Origin: Lenisia limosa
Taxonomy: Eukaryota; Protista; Breviatea
Direction: 5' to 3'
DNA length: 35,578 nucleotides
NCBI GenBank assembly: GCA_001655205.1
Contig: LPNZ01009195.1
Span: 1 to 35,578, forward strand
Position numbers and translations under genes: made by a program. Shown piece by piece: positions 1 to 12,943 of this stretch (its first letter is position 1; every line of letters starts with the position of its first letter). Below the pieces are notes generated by a model that worked only from the letters and a program-made list of their open reading frames with translations, was not told the DNA's origin and searched no databases.

Positions 1-83
1 ACTTATCTCACGCACTGTATGTACATATTATTCTAATAAATGGTTGTTTGCGGAGTTCCGCATGTATGATCTAACCTGTGCAG

Positions 84-3000
84 CTAATGACCTTATCCGA
101 CGCGCACAAGGCCCTCGCTAACGTGCTTCAAGGCCTCCATCGGTTCTACTCACAATACACTGCTGCTGTACACGGTGCGTCACAGACTGTTTCTCTGGTT
201 TTTTCTGTATTAATACTGTCCATCCAAGGCTTAAATTCCATCACCTTCACCTGCTGTATTGCGTATTATGTTGCCTCAGCGTGACATGCACTATTTTTTA
301 TCCCATTGCTCCATACTGTACAGCGCTACTATGCAAGCTTACACACTCAGACAAGATCACGTCCCTGCGCACTCCCATTGAGAAGGAACTGAGAGAGTTC
401 ATTAAACTGCATCGTTGGGACGAAAGAAGCTACATCCGGCACAAGTACTCAATCGAACGGTCACACAAACAAGTCCACAAGTGGGGGTATTATGATGACT
501 TGCAATCTCTCAATGTGACGTTATTCATTTTACCCATTAGATTGACCCGTAAATTTGCTGCTGGACTCGCGGACCCGATTTCTCAGACGCTGACTGCGTG
601 GGAGGTCAAGGTGAGTTTCATGGATGCCCTCAAAAGTGTTTGGATTGCATCTTCATAGCACACTGTTATGAGTATTTAGTATGGTTTTGAAATTGGATAA
701 GCCTGTCTCATTTACTGGATTAAGACCGTATCAATGTTGCATTTGATAGAACTGTTACCCCCCCCCCCAGGCCCAAGACATGGACCCTGAAGCCAGCAAG
801 CCAGCTAACATCGTTCTGAAGGCACTCAAGACGGATATGCTGTCAGCTGACTTAGTACATACCGACGCTGAACATTGTCTTGACCTGAGCGGTTGGGGGT
901 GCAGTGTTAGTCATTGTGGATATCTCATCAAAACAAATATCATTAATTGCCAAGTTCTTCGTCCAACCTGTTCCAACCCCCCCCCCTAGACCACGCCGCA
1001 TATCNNNNNNNNNNNNNNNNNNNNNNNNNNNNNNNNNNNNNNNNNNNNNNNNNNNNNNNNNNNNCAGTCTGTCCGCACCCAACGCCGAGTCTGTGATGGC
1101 TGAAATGGCCCGTTCCGCCCTCAACCGTGCTAAGGATCTTCGCCAGGATGTGGGAGAGGGGCTTAACAGCTTTGTCTTTCTTGGGGGTTACTTCATTTGT
1201 GCCCCCACGTACGTTGGAGTGATGGGATGCGTGTTGAAGAAGCGTCTGGCCTGGGCTTTGTTTTATTATTCAACCATTGTACACAACAGAGCTGAGTTCG
1301 AGCTTACACTCCCAATGTCACTTCTGCAGAGCTCCAAACGCGCCAAGGTTCGTAAGAAGAAGGCTGTGGCAGACTTCATCAAGACCATGCACCAAACTGG
1401 TGGGATTCCTTCTCTTGACTACAGAAGTTGATTATTGTAATATTATTTATGAAGAATTGTCATTTCTCAACCAACCATGGTTTTCTTTTCCTCTATTTTG
1501 GTGAAACAATTCGCAAAACGGACTCACCTCTCAGGCCTGAAATCTCACAAGACTGAAAGGTCGAGTGACTATTCCATTGAGGACATCTGCCTCCTGAAAC
1601 TGCCAGGTAGGCTGACCACCCCCATCCCCTCGATATAGGCTTCCAATTACCGCTATTTCCTTGCTTTTCTTGGAAAGCTGTTCAAATGCCAATTTGCATA
1701 CGCCGTCCTAAAGTTCATGTTTTTTCGCCTCCAACCCACCGTCCAGACCCCCAGCAAGTGCTGCGCATTACAACGGCCTCGGGTGCCGCAAGTCTGACCT
1801 CCGCTCTCACTAACGGTGCGTTATTCGGGAGGAGAGATGTTGTTGTTATTATTCACTCTTGTGTTGTTATTCAATTCATTTGATACGATATGAAGATGTT
1901 GTGATTTTTATCCGATGCATACACCCAAGCCATAAAGCTCACGCCTCTCCCCAGGTTCGGACACAGCCTCGAGGCGCGTGGCAACCACAGCTTTCAAGGC
2001 CCAGGTTCTGAGGAGATGCATTCCTGGTACAGGGGCTGGGTCGGCATTTTGTGTTGCTTGCGGTGCTATCTCTCCCTATATAGTATACTGACACAAACAC
2101 TCCCACTATCACCTATTTATTGTGTGTAATATATAACCACAGGATATTAAAAACAACTACAGTATATATATCATAATAAACAGTGTTCACCCCCCCCCCC
2201 AGCCCATCACGAGGACGTTCTCAACGCAGAGGTCATGACCGTTTCCCGAGCAGTTGACCACGGATTCCACATGGCCGTCCAGGCACTCGAACACACTACT
2301 CAAGCCACTGAGGACACTGATAAGGTGGGCGAATTGCTAACTCCCGTGTCCTTTATTGATCAATCTCACTTACCTTCATCATCACTAATCCCGCATTAAT
2401 CAGCATATAGCTTCACTATATCAATCAGCTCACCCCCCAGGTTGCCTCTCTGGTTGCCACCCTCAAATCGGCCGACGGAGACTCTGTAGCAGTGGGAGAG
2501 GGGGGGGGGGGGTNNNNNNNNNNNNNNNNNNNNNNNNNNNNNNNNNNNNNNNNNNNNNNNNNNNNNNNNNNNNNNNNNNNNNNNNNNNNNNNNNNNNNNN
2601 NNNNNNNNNNNNNNNNNNNNNNNNNNNNNNNNNNNNNNNNNNNNNNNNNNNNNNNNNNNNNNNNNNNNNNNNNNNNNNNNNNNNNNNNNNNNNNNNNNNN
2701 NNNNNNNNNNNNNNNNNNNNNNNNNNNNNNNNNNNNNNNNNNNNNNNNNNNNNGCGACTTTGTTGTAGTATACGTGATTTTTCCGTATTGACAACTCCAC
2801 AGTAACCCCCCTTTTTTTACCTTCCCTCAGACCGAATCTTTGGTGTCGAGTGCGTCGGTTCTGCGGTCTTCTATCATGGCGTCCGAGGCGTGTGTCAAGG
2901 TATGGCGGTTGTGGCTTGGTCAAAGTGCTTCTTCAGTCCTTCGCAATAATGCGTAGCTGTGCATTATAATCATACAATGTATCGCTATAGCTTACTCCCC

Positions 3001-6000
3001 CAGGTTCTTGACACGACGGGTTTGGAAGCCGCTCTTGGCCATGGCGTTGTAATCGAGCAGAAGGTTGGAAAGTAAAAACGTCCTACTATATGTGGATACA
3101 ATTATTAAACCATACATAATACATCATACATAAATACACATATTGCCCTATAGAGGCTGACTTGTTAGGCTCGAAGCAATGTCAACAGAATGATGACCCA
3201 TGTTCGCAGTCTTGCTGAAAGTGGCCCCCTCCCCCTTCGTGCCCAGGTACCTGATCGATCTCATTTATTAGAGCTCTTACCTTGGGCCATCTTGACTTCC
3301 GCTTTTTCCTCCAATGCATGATTTGTACTTTGCGGTTCCTTTCTTCTGTTGTATTGATTTTTCCGTTTTCTGATACCCCCCCCCCCCAANNNNNNNNNNN
3401 NNNNNNNNNNNNNNNNNNNNNNNNNNNNNNNNNNNNNNNNNNNNNNNNNNNNNNNNNNNNNNNNNNNNNNATTAGAAATGTCAAAACGGCAAAGCCCAAC
3501 ATGGCAGATGCTGAGCCCTGTCTTCGAATGGGTGAGTGTGGTGGCTGATATGGCTGACATATGATATTGTCACTTGCCATGATAGAAGGCTTTTCTTACC
3601 CCTTCAGCCTTTGTTGGCGCAGTGGAGTCAGTACTTGCTTCCATCCAACGTGTGCGCGCTTGTGACGCAATGTAAGGGGAGGGGGAAGTAAAATGGACTG
3701 GGAGTGCCAAGATTGAACCTTATCTTAGGTGCCAAACTATCTTCCATTTCTTAAGACAATTCGATCTGGAAGTTTCTTCCATCATATATAATAACCTCCG
3801 CCTTCTTTTTCTTTACACTCCTGACTGTGCAGCCCCCCGGCGGTCGGGGACAAAACCGAGGACGGTGACAGTGACATCACAAACGTCATTCCTCGGGACA
3901 TGAAGGCCGCAACACAGGCTGTGGACAGTATCCAAGCCCATAAGGTCCTTACTGCCTTCAAAGCCCTCATCACCACTGCGGCTGCTGAAGGGTGCGGGGG
4001 AGTAGTGCCTAACGCTAAAGCAAACACCTTTATCTGCCCTTAAACATATATGTATATAGTCATATTCTTTATACTCAATTCCCCCCCCCCCCCCNNNNNN
4101 NNNNNNNNNNNNNNNNNNNNNNNNNNNNNNNNNNNNNNNNNNNNNNNNNNNNNNNNNNNNNNNNNNNCGCGTAACTGGCGCCATTATCACGCGCACTCTC
4201 AACATATCAGCGGCCTGCCTTGGCCTGGTGTCCTGTGTTGCCAACATCGCCGTGGGGGGGGGGTTAGTATGCTCAAATCAGCATGTTTTATTTCTTTCTA
4301 CATATTCAACAGGTTCTTTTAACAGAATTATCGAAACAAACCGCATCCTTACCCCCCAGACCAACATCTGCCGTGACGGCTACTGTACGGCGTCGGACGA
4401 TGGCGGCGAATGGGAGGGTGATGAGCAGGACGGAGAAGGCACGGGCATGGGAGATGGTGTCGGCAACGAAGACGTGTCCAATGAGATCGATAACGAGGAG
4501 CAGCTCATGGGTGATAACGTAGGGCTTTCCCTCTCCCTCTAAAAATGCTATCATACCTGTGTCGACTATGTATTATATTTGTACATAATATATATGGATA
4601 TATACTATATATTTAGCCATTAAGGATTTGTTTGCCCCCCCCCCCTCCAGTCTTGACAAAATAGGCCCAGAAAGAGGACGAGAACAAACCTGATGACGGC
4701 GAACAGGACACTGAAAAGGGTCCGGGGGGGGGGGCAGTTGGTTTGTCCCAGTCAAAACCACATCAAGCTTAGCTTTTAACCTGGATTGGATGGGACTATT
4801 TGGGTAATTGCCATAAAACTATTTCACAGACTCAGATAAAGTATTTTTTTCATGGCATAGTTATTGTTTATTAAAATTAACTGCCACACTTTCTAATAGC
4901 TGTCATCACACACACTTCTGCATTGAAAACTGTTTTCACTTGAACATTCCTGGCACCATACTTACACATCAGGAATTGAGATGGAGCAAGAATTTGACGG
5001 TGAAATGGAGGACGTTCCTGAGCCGGAGGAGAAGGAAGAGGATGAGGATAAGAAGGACGAGGAGGAAGAGGAAGAACTTGACCGGCAGATGGTGGGTGCA
5101 GGCAATATGGAACTTGACCTTTTCATTGTGTTGTCTCTTATTGATACCCCATGGGGGGGTAAGCCTGAGGATGGCTAGTATGATCGATTCTCATATTGAC
5201 ATGACTTTTGGTGTTTACTTAAATAGCCACACCCATTAAAGCAGAGTGGGTTGTGGTACTGCAGAAGCGACTGGTCTGGACTTTGTCTTGTTATACTCGT
5301 GTGTTTTCAAATGCTTAACAGAGGATATTTTGATTCGCCAATTTGACTTTTAGGGTGAGACCAACGATCAAGAGGAGTCCATCGATGAGCGTCTTTGGAA
5401 CAATGATGATGCTGAGGTGGGTTGAGAGGAAAATAATAATCAATTAGGGATCAGATTTCACACAAAAATGAGATCTTCCGAAGATATTGTCCTGGTTGTT
5501 TTGATAACCATTCGACTCACCCCCCCCCCCAGGATGAAAAGGATGATTCAGCAGAGAGGGAAGAAGGAAAGGAAACAGAGGAGCAAGCTCTGGATAGCAA
5601 CCTCGAAGCAAAGGATGAGAACGATGAGGGCGATGATAAGGTCAGGACTGTGTGTGTTTCTTGTTTGTCTTGCGTTGTCATTACCTGGGGTCTATATTGC
5701 GTTGTCATTACCTGGGGTCTATATTGCCACTCACCTTTGTTATTATAATCATATATGATTGCTACTCATCTTGTCGTTGTAATCATCTGTGAGCCATTTT
5801 CAGTGTCGCAAACCCTCATTTCCTTTATAGGAGGAGGGAAATCAGGACCAAGCCAAACCCCATGAAGAAGAAGAGAACGAGGCGGAGGTTTGCTGCGTAA
5901 TACTCTGATACCCAATTCAGCTTCGCAGCACCCCCTATATGATGCTCTATGTACATCGTGTGTATATCGCCCTCACCCCCCAGGATGGCCCGGATGACCA

Positions 6001-9000
6001 GGTACACGAGGAGCCAGACATGGCTGACGACACCGGTCTGGACACCCGAAAGGACCAGGAGGAGTTCCAGGACCTTCCAAGCGACCTTGAAGGAGATGCA
6101 GTGCGGGGGATGTACGTGGCCAAGGCCGTTGAGAAGAGAGCAGATGTGACTACTCCAAAAAATACTTTGATACACAACAATACGTTCCGATCATTTGGGC
6201 GATTGTTGTTTTATGTTACAGACATGTTTTATTTTGTATACTCACCCCTCAGCCCAGCGACGATGAGGGCGGAATATCCGAGGAGGAGCCCCAGGAAGAT
6301 AACGAAGATTTCCAGGCTGAGGAGCAAGTGGGAGGGGGGGGGGGGAATCCGCTTGGAATATATCTTTAGATCCAATTGCTCAACGTATTCGCTGTTTTTG
6401 TCTTGTGTTGGTTTTACGTTTTAGGAGAACCCCATCGGTCCTGATGACGAGGAGGACCGCGGTAGCGAGGGTGAACAGGCCGACATGGATGAAACCGTCC
6501 CTGAAGATCCGACCGAAGAGCATATGGATGGCGGAATGGTGAGGGGATTAATGAGAACATAATTAGGGCACACCTTTCAGCTTTGCCGGGGGGGGGGGCN
6601 NNNNNNNNNNNNNNNNNNNNNNNNNNNNNNNNNNNNNNNNNNNNNNNNTGTTAAGTAGACATAGTTGACTGTGTAGGTTGCTGAAGATGAGCCTCAACCG
6701 GAAGAGGAAGAAAAGAACGAAGATGGAGAGGAAGACAAGGAGGAGGAGGAAGAAACTGCAGCCACGCAAAAGGACCGCCAGATGGCCGCAGAGCAAGCCG
6801 AGGGCGCTGAGGTGGGTAAGGGCAAATGTTGTGACAATCACACAGTTATTGGCGAACTTGCCATATGTGGGATGTACCATATTAGGCATGCTCACTTAAC
6901 ATATTAGGAAGGAGCAGATGCCCAGGAAGAAGCCGAGGCTGAGGCAGAGAAGGATGATCAAGATCGTGGGTTTGGCTCTTTTCCATGTTGCCGGCTTGTG
7001 TCTGACAAAATCCTCTTTTTCAACTTCGATTCATTGCCCTCACTCCTGCAGCTGAGGCAGCCCAGGCCGGTATGACAGGTGACGGTGCTCCGGAGGGCTC
7101 CTGGATGGAGGGAGCTGAGCAGTTGGATACGGCGCCGCAGGTAAATAACCCGCCACCACAGGAGGCCAGGAGCCTTGGTGACGTGTTGAAGTGGGTCAGG
7201 AATATGTCATAAATGTTATGCTGGGGTAGTTCATTCTCTGAAGGAGGTATAAATTGCTCATGGGGATGTATATTGTCCTTGTACCCTCCTTACCCTCTCA
7301 GATCCTTCCAAGACAAAGTCAACATGGCTGACGACAAGCTTGAAGAGAAACCAAGTGCTGGGGAGAAGAAAGTAAGAAGGGTGATGATGGAAGAAAGTAG
7401 TGTTTTATACCTTCTCATTCTGACCTCTTCGCAGCCCTCAGACGCTCATCGATTTGTCCAAGACGGGGCTGAAAACGAAAATGACGAACAGGCCCTTGGT
7501 GGGGGGGGGGGGANNNNNNNNNNNNNNNNNNNNNNNNNNNNNNNNNNNNNNNNNNNNNNNNNNNNNNNNNNNNNNNNNNNNNNNCGCCCAGAGAGTTTAC
7601 TGAGAATGTGACGATGGATTTGCCTTATGTGTACAGGAGAAGCGCTCGAAGACCAGCAGAAGGATGCCGGGCCAGACCAAATGCAGGCTGAGGAAGAGGA
7701 AAGTAACGAGCTTGAGGTGCCGAAGGTAGGGGGGGCTATTGTGTACTGGCGTCTTGCAGCAATGTGGCTGATCTTGCAGGAGGAGAAGAAGCCGGCAGCA
7801 CCTGAAGAGACCGACGACCAGCCACTCCTCGACCCTCAAAAGATGGAGGTGAGGGTCGATACCTTTTGCCGCAGTGTTTCAAATACAGATCTTTCACATT
7901 CCTACGCTCCTTTTTGTATTATATACCCTTGTTTTATTTCCTCTTTACATATTCCACATTTTGTTTATGAAATCATTTCATCATACTATGCCGCATGATT
8001 GCTGTGTCGTCACGAATCTATTGACGAGTTCACTGTCCCCCCCTCACTATCTAGACGGGTGAGAAGAAAGCCAAGGCCAAGACCAGGCCCGACCAATCGG
8101 GTGATGCCGAGGACATTCCTGACGCCAGTGAAGAGACTGGAATTGGTGGGGGGTGCAGTAATGAAAACTCGATTTCACATTTATACTGAAACGATTTTGG
8201 GAACACTGGGAAAAGTGTGACCAATATGGCAATGACGATGCAGAACCCGAGGCTACGGAGCAAACGGAAGACACGCGTCCGGACGTTGTTGCAAGTGACG
8301 GACGGATGGAGCTCGCAGCTCAGGACGGCGAAGTGGGCGGGGGTTCTATGCTTATTCTGTTTGAGAAGACTCAAACTATCGTATATTTAATGATATCATA
8401 TATACTATATCATATTATATTATTTGCTGCTGTTGTTTTGTTATTGTTATTGTTATTGTATTGACTGACAAAACCACCCTAAATCAATATTCCTTAAAAT
8501 TCCCTTTGTTTCACCCCCCCCCAGAACCCCGTGCCGCCCCTGTCATTGCAGGAGGTGGCAGCCCTCCGAAGTGCAATGGAAGCGCGCCTCCGGGCNNNNN
8601 NNNNNNNNNNNNNNNNNNNNNNNNNNNNNNNNNNNNNNNNNNNNNNNNNNNNNNNNNNNNNNNNNNNNNNNNNNNNNNNNNNNNNNNNNNNNNNNNNNNN
8701 NNNNNNNNNNNNNNNNNNNNNNNNNNNNNNNNNNNNNNNNNNNNNNNNNNNNNNNNNNNNNNNNNNNNNNNNNNNNNNNNNNACCTCTGTGAACAGCTGC
8801 GGCTCGTGCTGACACCCACCCTCGCGGCTCGGCTTGAGGGCGACTATCGAACCGGCAAGAGACTGAAGTGGGCTTGGGGCTGTTATGCGGAATGATGACG
8901 TGCTCTTTTGGATAGAAATAAGAATGCCTCTCTTAACGCCACGTCAGTCAACTCAGCAAGATATACTATTACTGATAAACAAGATAGTTCTATCCACCCA

Positions 9001-10635
9001 TCACCTTTCAGCATGCGTAAGATCATCCCGTACATTGCCAGCCAGTTTAAAAAGGACAAAATCTGGCTCCGCCGCACCAAGCCTTCCAAACGAACCTACC
9101 AGGTATGGTCAATAATGCTGTTTGGGGATGCCCATAGATAGTGATAAAAGTGGTGTTTTTATTCTTAAAATTCAAAAATAACGGTAAATTTTTGCAACTA
9201 TACACATTTTTCAAATGCAACCCATTTTTAGACAAGCTCAGATGATGATGTCCCTCACCCCCTCCCAGATTATGATTTGTATCGATGACTCGCAGTCGAT
9301 GACCGACTTTGGAGCTGGCAAGGTAGCACTCGAGGCCACATGCATGTTGGCAAAGGTATGACTCCAATCGCCTCAAGGCCTATCTTTTGGACATTAACGG
9401 TTGCTTGTACTTGTGTAATTGCTGACTCTCTCTTGATCCTCCCAAACCCTGCAATGAGCCATCATCCCAGATAACCACAATAGGCATTGACTCAGCTCGA
9501 AGCGGGAGACTTGGCTGTTATGAAGTACGGTAACACGGCTCAGCTGCTGCACCACTTCAACACGCCTTTCAGCGATAAGACCGGTTTGGTGGCCATGCTT
9601 CAATGCCACATTCTCTTGAAAACTTCCCAAGTGTAAAAGAGATATATTGCTTCGAGGAGACTAAAACCGAATATGTCCTTAAAGACTGCATCCCTCCATT
9701 GCCTCATATCCGCATCCCTCCATTGCCTCATTTCGCAGGTGCTGAGGTAGTTGGACAATTCTCATTCAGTGACCAAAAAACCGACACTGTTGCCCTAATG
9801 CAAGCCGGTCTGGNNNNNNNNNNNNNNNNNNNNNNNNNNNNNNNNNNNNNNNNNNNNNNNNNNNNNNNNNNNNNNNNNNNNNNNNNNNNNNNNNNNNNNN
9901 NNNNNNNNNNNNNNNNNNNNNNNNNNNNNCCTGTTTCTGACATGACCATAAATGCCTGTTTACTGGTTAGGGCGTCCTCAGTAGGATCCGATGTCACGAC
10001 CCTGCAGCTGATGTTTGTCATTGGTGATGGCCGAACTTTCCAGAACGTGGGGGCTGGGATGGCTTTGCATTGCCATAGCATAGCATAGTCTTCCATTACA
10101 CGTTCTTATTCCCCTTGATGCTCACCCCCCCTCTAGAAGGAGAAACTCAACCGTCTCATCCGCGAGGCCCAGGAGTCGGGATGTCTTGTGGTCTTCATTC
10201 TGGTGGACTCTCCTGACAAAGACGTGGGAGGGGGGCATAGCGGATTCTCTCAATAACCCTAAAACGACGCTCATTTCCTCAATTACCCTAAAACGACGCT
10301 CATTTCCTCAATTACCCTAAAACTACGCTCATTTCCTCATTTACCCCTCCAGTCGAGCATCTTTGACGTCAAATCAGTGTCCATGAGCCCCGCAGGCAAG
10401 GTCATTTCAAAGCCCTATATGGCCACCTTCCCGTTCCCGTACTACGTCGTGTGCCGACATGTATGCTGGATCCTGGTCTATTTCGTAGCATGTCTTCACT
10501 TCAGTCCTAGATTAACTACTGCACTAACCACGCACCCAGTATCCCTTGAAACTTCTCACGCCTCAGGTATCCGGTCTGACCCACGTGCTGAGTGACTCCC
10601 TACGCCAATGGTTCGAGATTGTGGCTCACCTCTAG
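84..10635 (+). CDS. MDN1: Midasin (Rea1/MDN1 dynein-related AAA ATPase, 60S biogenesis), 3' part only: linker, D/E-rich region and C-terminal MIDAS/vWA domain; many exons, 5' end outside the window, interrupted by N gaps
   Basis: Seen: spliced exons read LRTPIEKELREFIKLHRWDERSY...SIERSHKQVHK; a long D/E-rich tract at 4.3-8.4 kb; then LCEQLRLVLTPTLAARLEGDYRTGKRLN|MRKIIPYIASQFKKDKIWLRRTKPSKRTYQ|IMICIDDSQSM (DxSxS)...FSDQKTD...MFVIGDG...PFPYYVVCRH|VSGLTHVLSDSLRQWFEIVAHL, TAG at 10633-10635. Established knowledge: these are hallmark midasin C-terminal motifs. Confidence 0.97.
5670..5727. repeat. 27-bp tandem duplication (2 copies) in a midasin intron
   Basis: Seen: ttgcgttgtcattacctggggtctata x2. 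Confidence 0.9.
9688..9731. repeat. 24-bp-period tandem duplication just upstream of a midasin 3' splice site
   Basis: Seen: gcatccctccattgcctcat at 9688 and 9712, followed by ttcgcag|GT. Confidence 0.88.
10249..10348. repeat. 29-bp tandem repeat (about 3.4 copies) filling a midasin intron up to its acceptor
   Basis: Seen: ctcaattaccctaaaacgacgctcatttc repeated with period 29 (aaaac starts at 10261, 10290, 10319), ending ttaccctccag|. Confidence 0.9.
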
Positions 10636-10838
10636 ACCTAGACGCTGTCTATGGTATTGATGTATTTCTTTCTTGTTTCTAAAGGGAAAAGTATTTTCTT
10701 CGAGTGCACAAGGGAAGTCGTTTCCACCCTCCACCCAAAACCCACCGGACTATCACATTACGTATAATACATGTATCAAGAACGGTTTACTCGACTCTTA
10801 CTGCCACCCACACGTCAACTGTTCCTGGGATGTCAATA

Positions 10839-10957
10839 CTTTCTGCGTGTCTCCACAGTATAAGGACAAAAGCCCCTGCACAATAACCTAGGAAGGCCCT
10901 CAATCTGTTTCGTCACGGATTGAGGTGCCACAGAGTTAGAATTGCAGACATCAAAGG
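10839..10957 (+). repeat. Dispersed repeat, copy 1 (right-hand module), similar to 34960-35110
   Basis: Seen: ctttctgcgtg(t/c)ctcc(a/c)cag, taaggacaa, ccctgca.aataacc.agg.aggccctc, gaggtgcca, and gagttagaattgcagacatcaaagg (25 nt identical) are shared with the 35 kb copy. Confidence 0.9.
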
Positions 10958-10959
10958 TT

Positions 10960-12442
10960 ATAGAATAACAGGTCAATTGCAACGCGAATCGGAGGTAGGG
11001 GTGGCCACAGCAAGTCAATTGCACTTGGGCTAACCTTTGACAGTGGCCGGAGAAGAGAAGTCCTGATAGAATATGAAGAGATGTAAGGCAGGTTATAACG
11101 CTGTTGGCCAATTCAAAGCAGTTTTTAAGGAAACTACAAAGCCCTCATGCCTTCTGCCACCAACATTGGCCATTTGACCTTTATAACACGTGTGCACATC
11201 AGTTCCCCTGTGTGGATAAGGCGATCCGACACAATAGCTGTGAGTACCTCGAAATAAACCATATATACCAAACAACACCCTTACACCTTTAGTTGAATGA
11301 GATCATCAAGGTATGCATTACAAACTTTTTGGTTGGGCAATTAGATGGCAAAGGAGAAACGCAGCAGTCCTAACTCTACCTAAAATATCATTAAAGCAAA
11401 AAAAAAAAATAATAAAAAAAAAAAGCAGAAATCGGTTTTGAAAAAAAAAANNNNNNNNNNNNNNNNNNNNNNNNNNNNNNNNNNNNNNNNNNNNNNNNNN
11501 NNCAATACCCTCAGGAATGGCGATACAGTTGTTGTCTGAGGAGTCTGGAGTGAAGTTCCCTCCACAGGTTGAAAAATTGAACTGCACAAATGAGGGGTTT
11601 TAATACAAATTAATTACCATTCATAGAGAACACTTACCTCTTCATGAAAGAAATATTGAAGGGATTTTACAATTGATAAACAAAAGAAGACCAGACTCAC
11701 GTGAATTCTGTTCAGACAGACGTTCAAGGAAATGTATGAGGAATTCATGTGCATTCTCCATTCGATTCATGTTGGTGAATGAGGGACAGATTTCTACAAT
11801 TATGAAACAATCAAAACTGTGGATGACAAACTCTTTCGGTTGCCCATGATTCTGGCTGGGGAGACGCTGATATTACCCGTTTTGATTTCATTTTTCAGCT
11901 AAATTGAATAACAAAAGGAAATGTAACATTTCTTTACCTTCAATAACTCGCACTGAAGGCAGAAATCAATACTACCTTCATTGTGAGAAACAACAACACA
12001 AAATTCCCCGGTTCTTTTCACCTACAGATATGGGTGGCTGAAAGATAATTCTCAGGAATGACCATCATAAGTAACTGTAGCACAACGCTACCAAAGCAAG
12101 TATTGCCTGGAAAGTAAGCGGAGGCAGAGGAAGGAGAGAAACATTTTAAAAAGAAAAACAAAACAACTCTTAGCCAATACCACCCATACTACCAATCCTT
12201 TGGTAACTAAACAAAGTAATATCCTTATAATACTTAACTTAAAGGGTTTTAAATAACCAATTTCAAACACAAAAATCATATATACATATAATATGGTATC
12301 TTAACATCAAAACAGCAGCACATATACCAACTGTGTTTGTGTTGTATATCATAAACATCTACTTCTATACTACAACAGAATTTCCCATGATCAAACATTG
12401 ATTAATGAAAGACCATGACTCACCCAGACTATCCAACCTCAT
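10960..12442 (-). CDS. Divergent ubiquitin-specific protease (peptidase C19)-like gene, possibly catalytically degenerate or a pseudogene; 3' end uncertain
   Basis: Seen on the minus strand: MRLDSLG|NTCFGSVVLQLL (Cys-box-like; phase-1 GT-AG intron; Cys codon at 12096-12098); then LLK|LKNEIKTGNISVSPARIMGNRK|ICPSFTNMNRMENAHEFLIHFLERLSEQ (QQDAHEFL-like, 11738-11760); later VELGLLRFSF and VLTAIV. No clean His box; an in-frame TAA at 11341-11343 unless a 36-nt intron removes it. Confidence 0.65.
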
Positions 12443-12943
12443 TTGTCGCCATCCAACCTCGGAGGTGACGGAGCCATTATAATAAGGATGTTATCTTCTG
12501 AAATTGCTTGCTGGTAGAATTTTGCAGAGATGGGAGAGAGATGGATTTGTGGGATGCCTGTGTTTTTTTGTTTGTGGCTGTATGACTGTGGAAAAGCAAA
12601 AGAGGTAACAAGAGGAAAGGCAATATTTGAAGAAAAAAATATGAAGGGGGAAAAGTTGCATTTTCAATCGAATTTACAATTTACCCCATATTGTTTCGGA
12701 GACTTTCTGTTTCTAGGGTGAATATACCCCTAGATTATTGATGCATTAAAGTTCAATTCAATTCACTTGCCACTTGCTTGCCCTTGCTGCCCTTTACACT
12801 GCCTGAACTCTGACTGCCTCATCAGCCTCAGCCTATCAGCCTAACCATTGCCCTCCACAAGCTCCCTCACTCTCCACACCACAAAAACCACCAAACCAAA
12901 CCCCAGTGCAACTAAGCCCCAAGCCAAGCATATTCAACGCAAA

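Noticed and set aside
10255-10345. CCCTAAA motifs resembling telomeric repeats
   Set aside because: They occur once per 29-bp intronic unit rather than as a contiguous telomeric tract.
11341-11800. Non-standard genetic code (TAA/TAG or TGA reassignment) suggested by apparent in-frame stops
   Set aside because: Conserved genes end at TAG or TAA where expected (MDN1, CEP70), and other apparent read-throughs are resolved by short introns or by coding on the opposite strand.
11640-11900. Plus-strand frame TFKEMYEEFMCILHSIHVGE*GTDFYNYE... as a separate gene
   Set aside because: It is the antisense shadow of the USP-like exons, which carry recognisable motifs on the minus strand.
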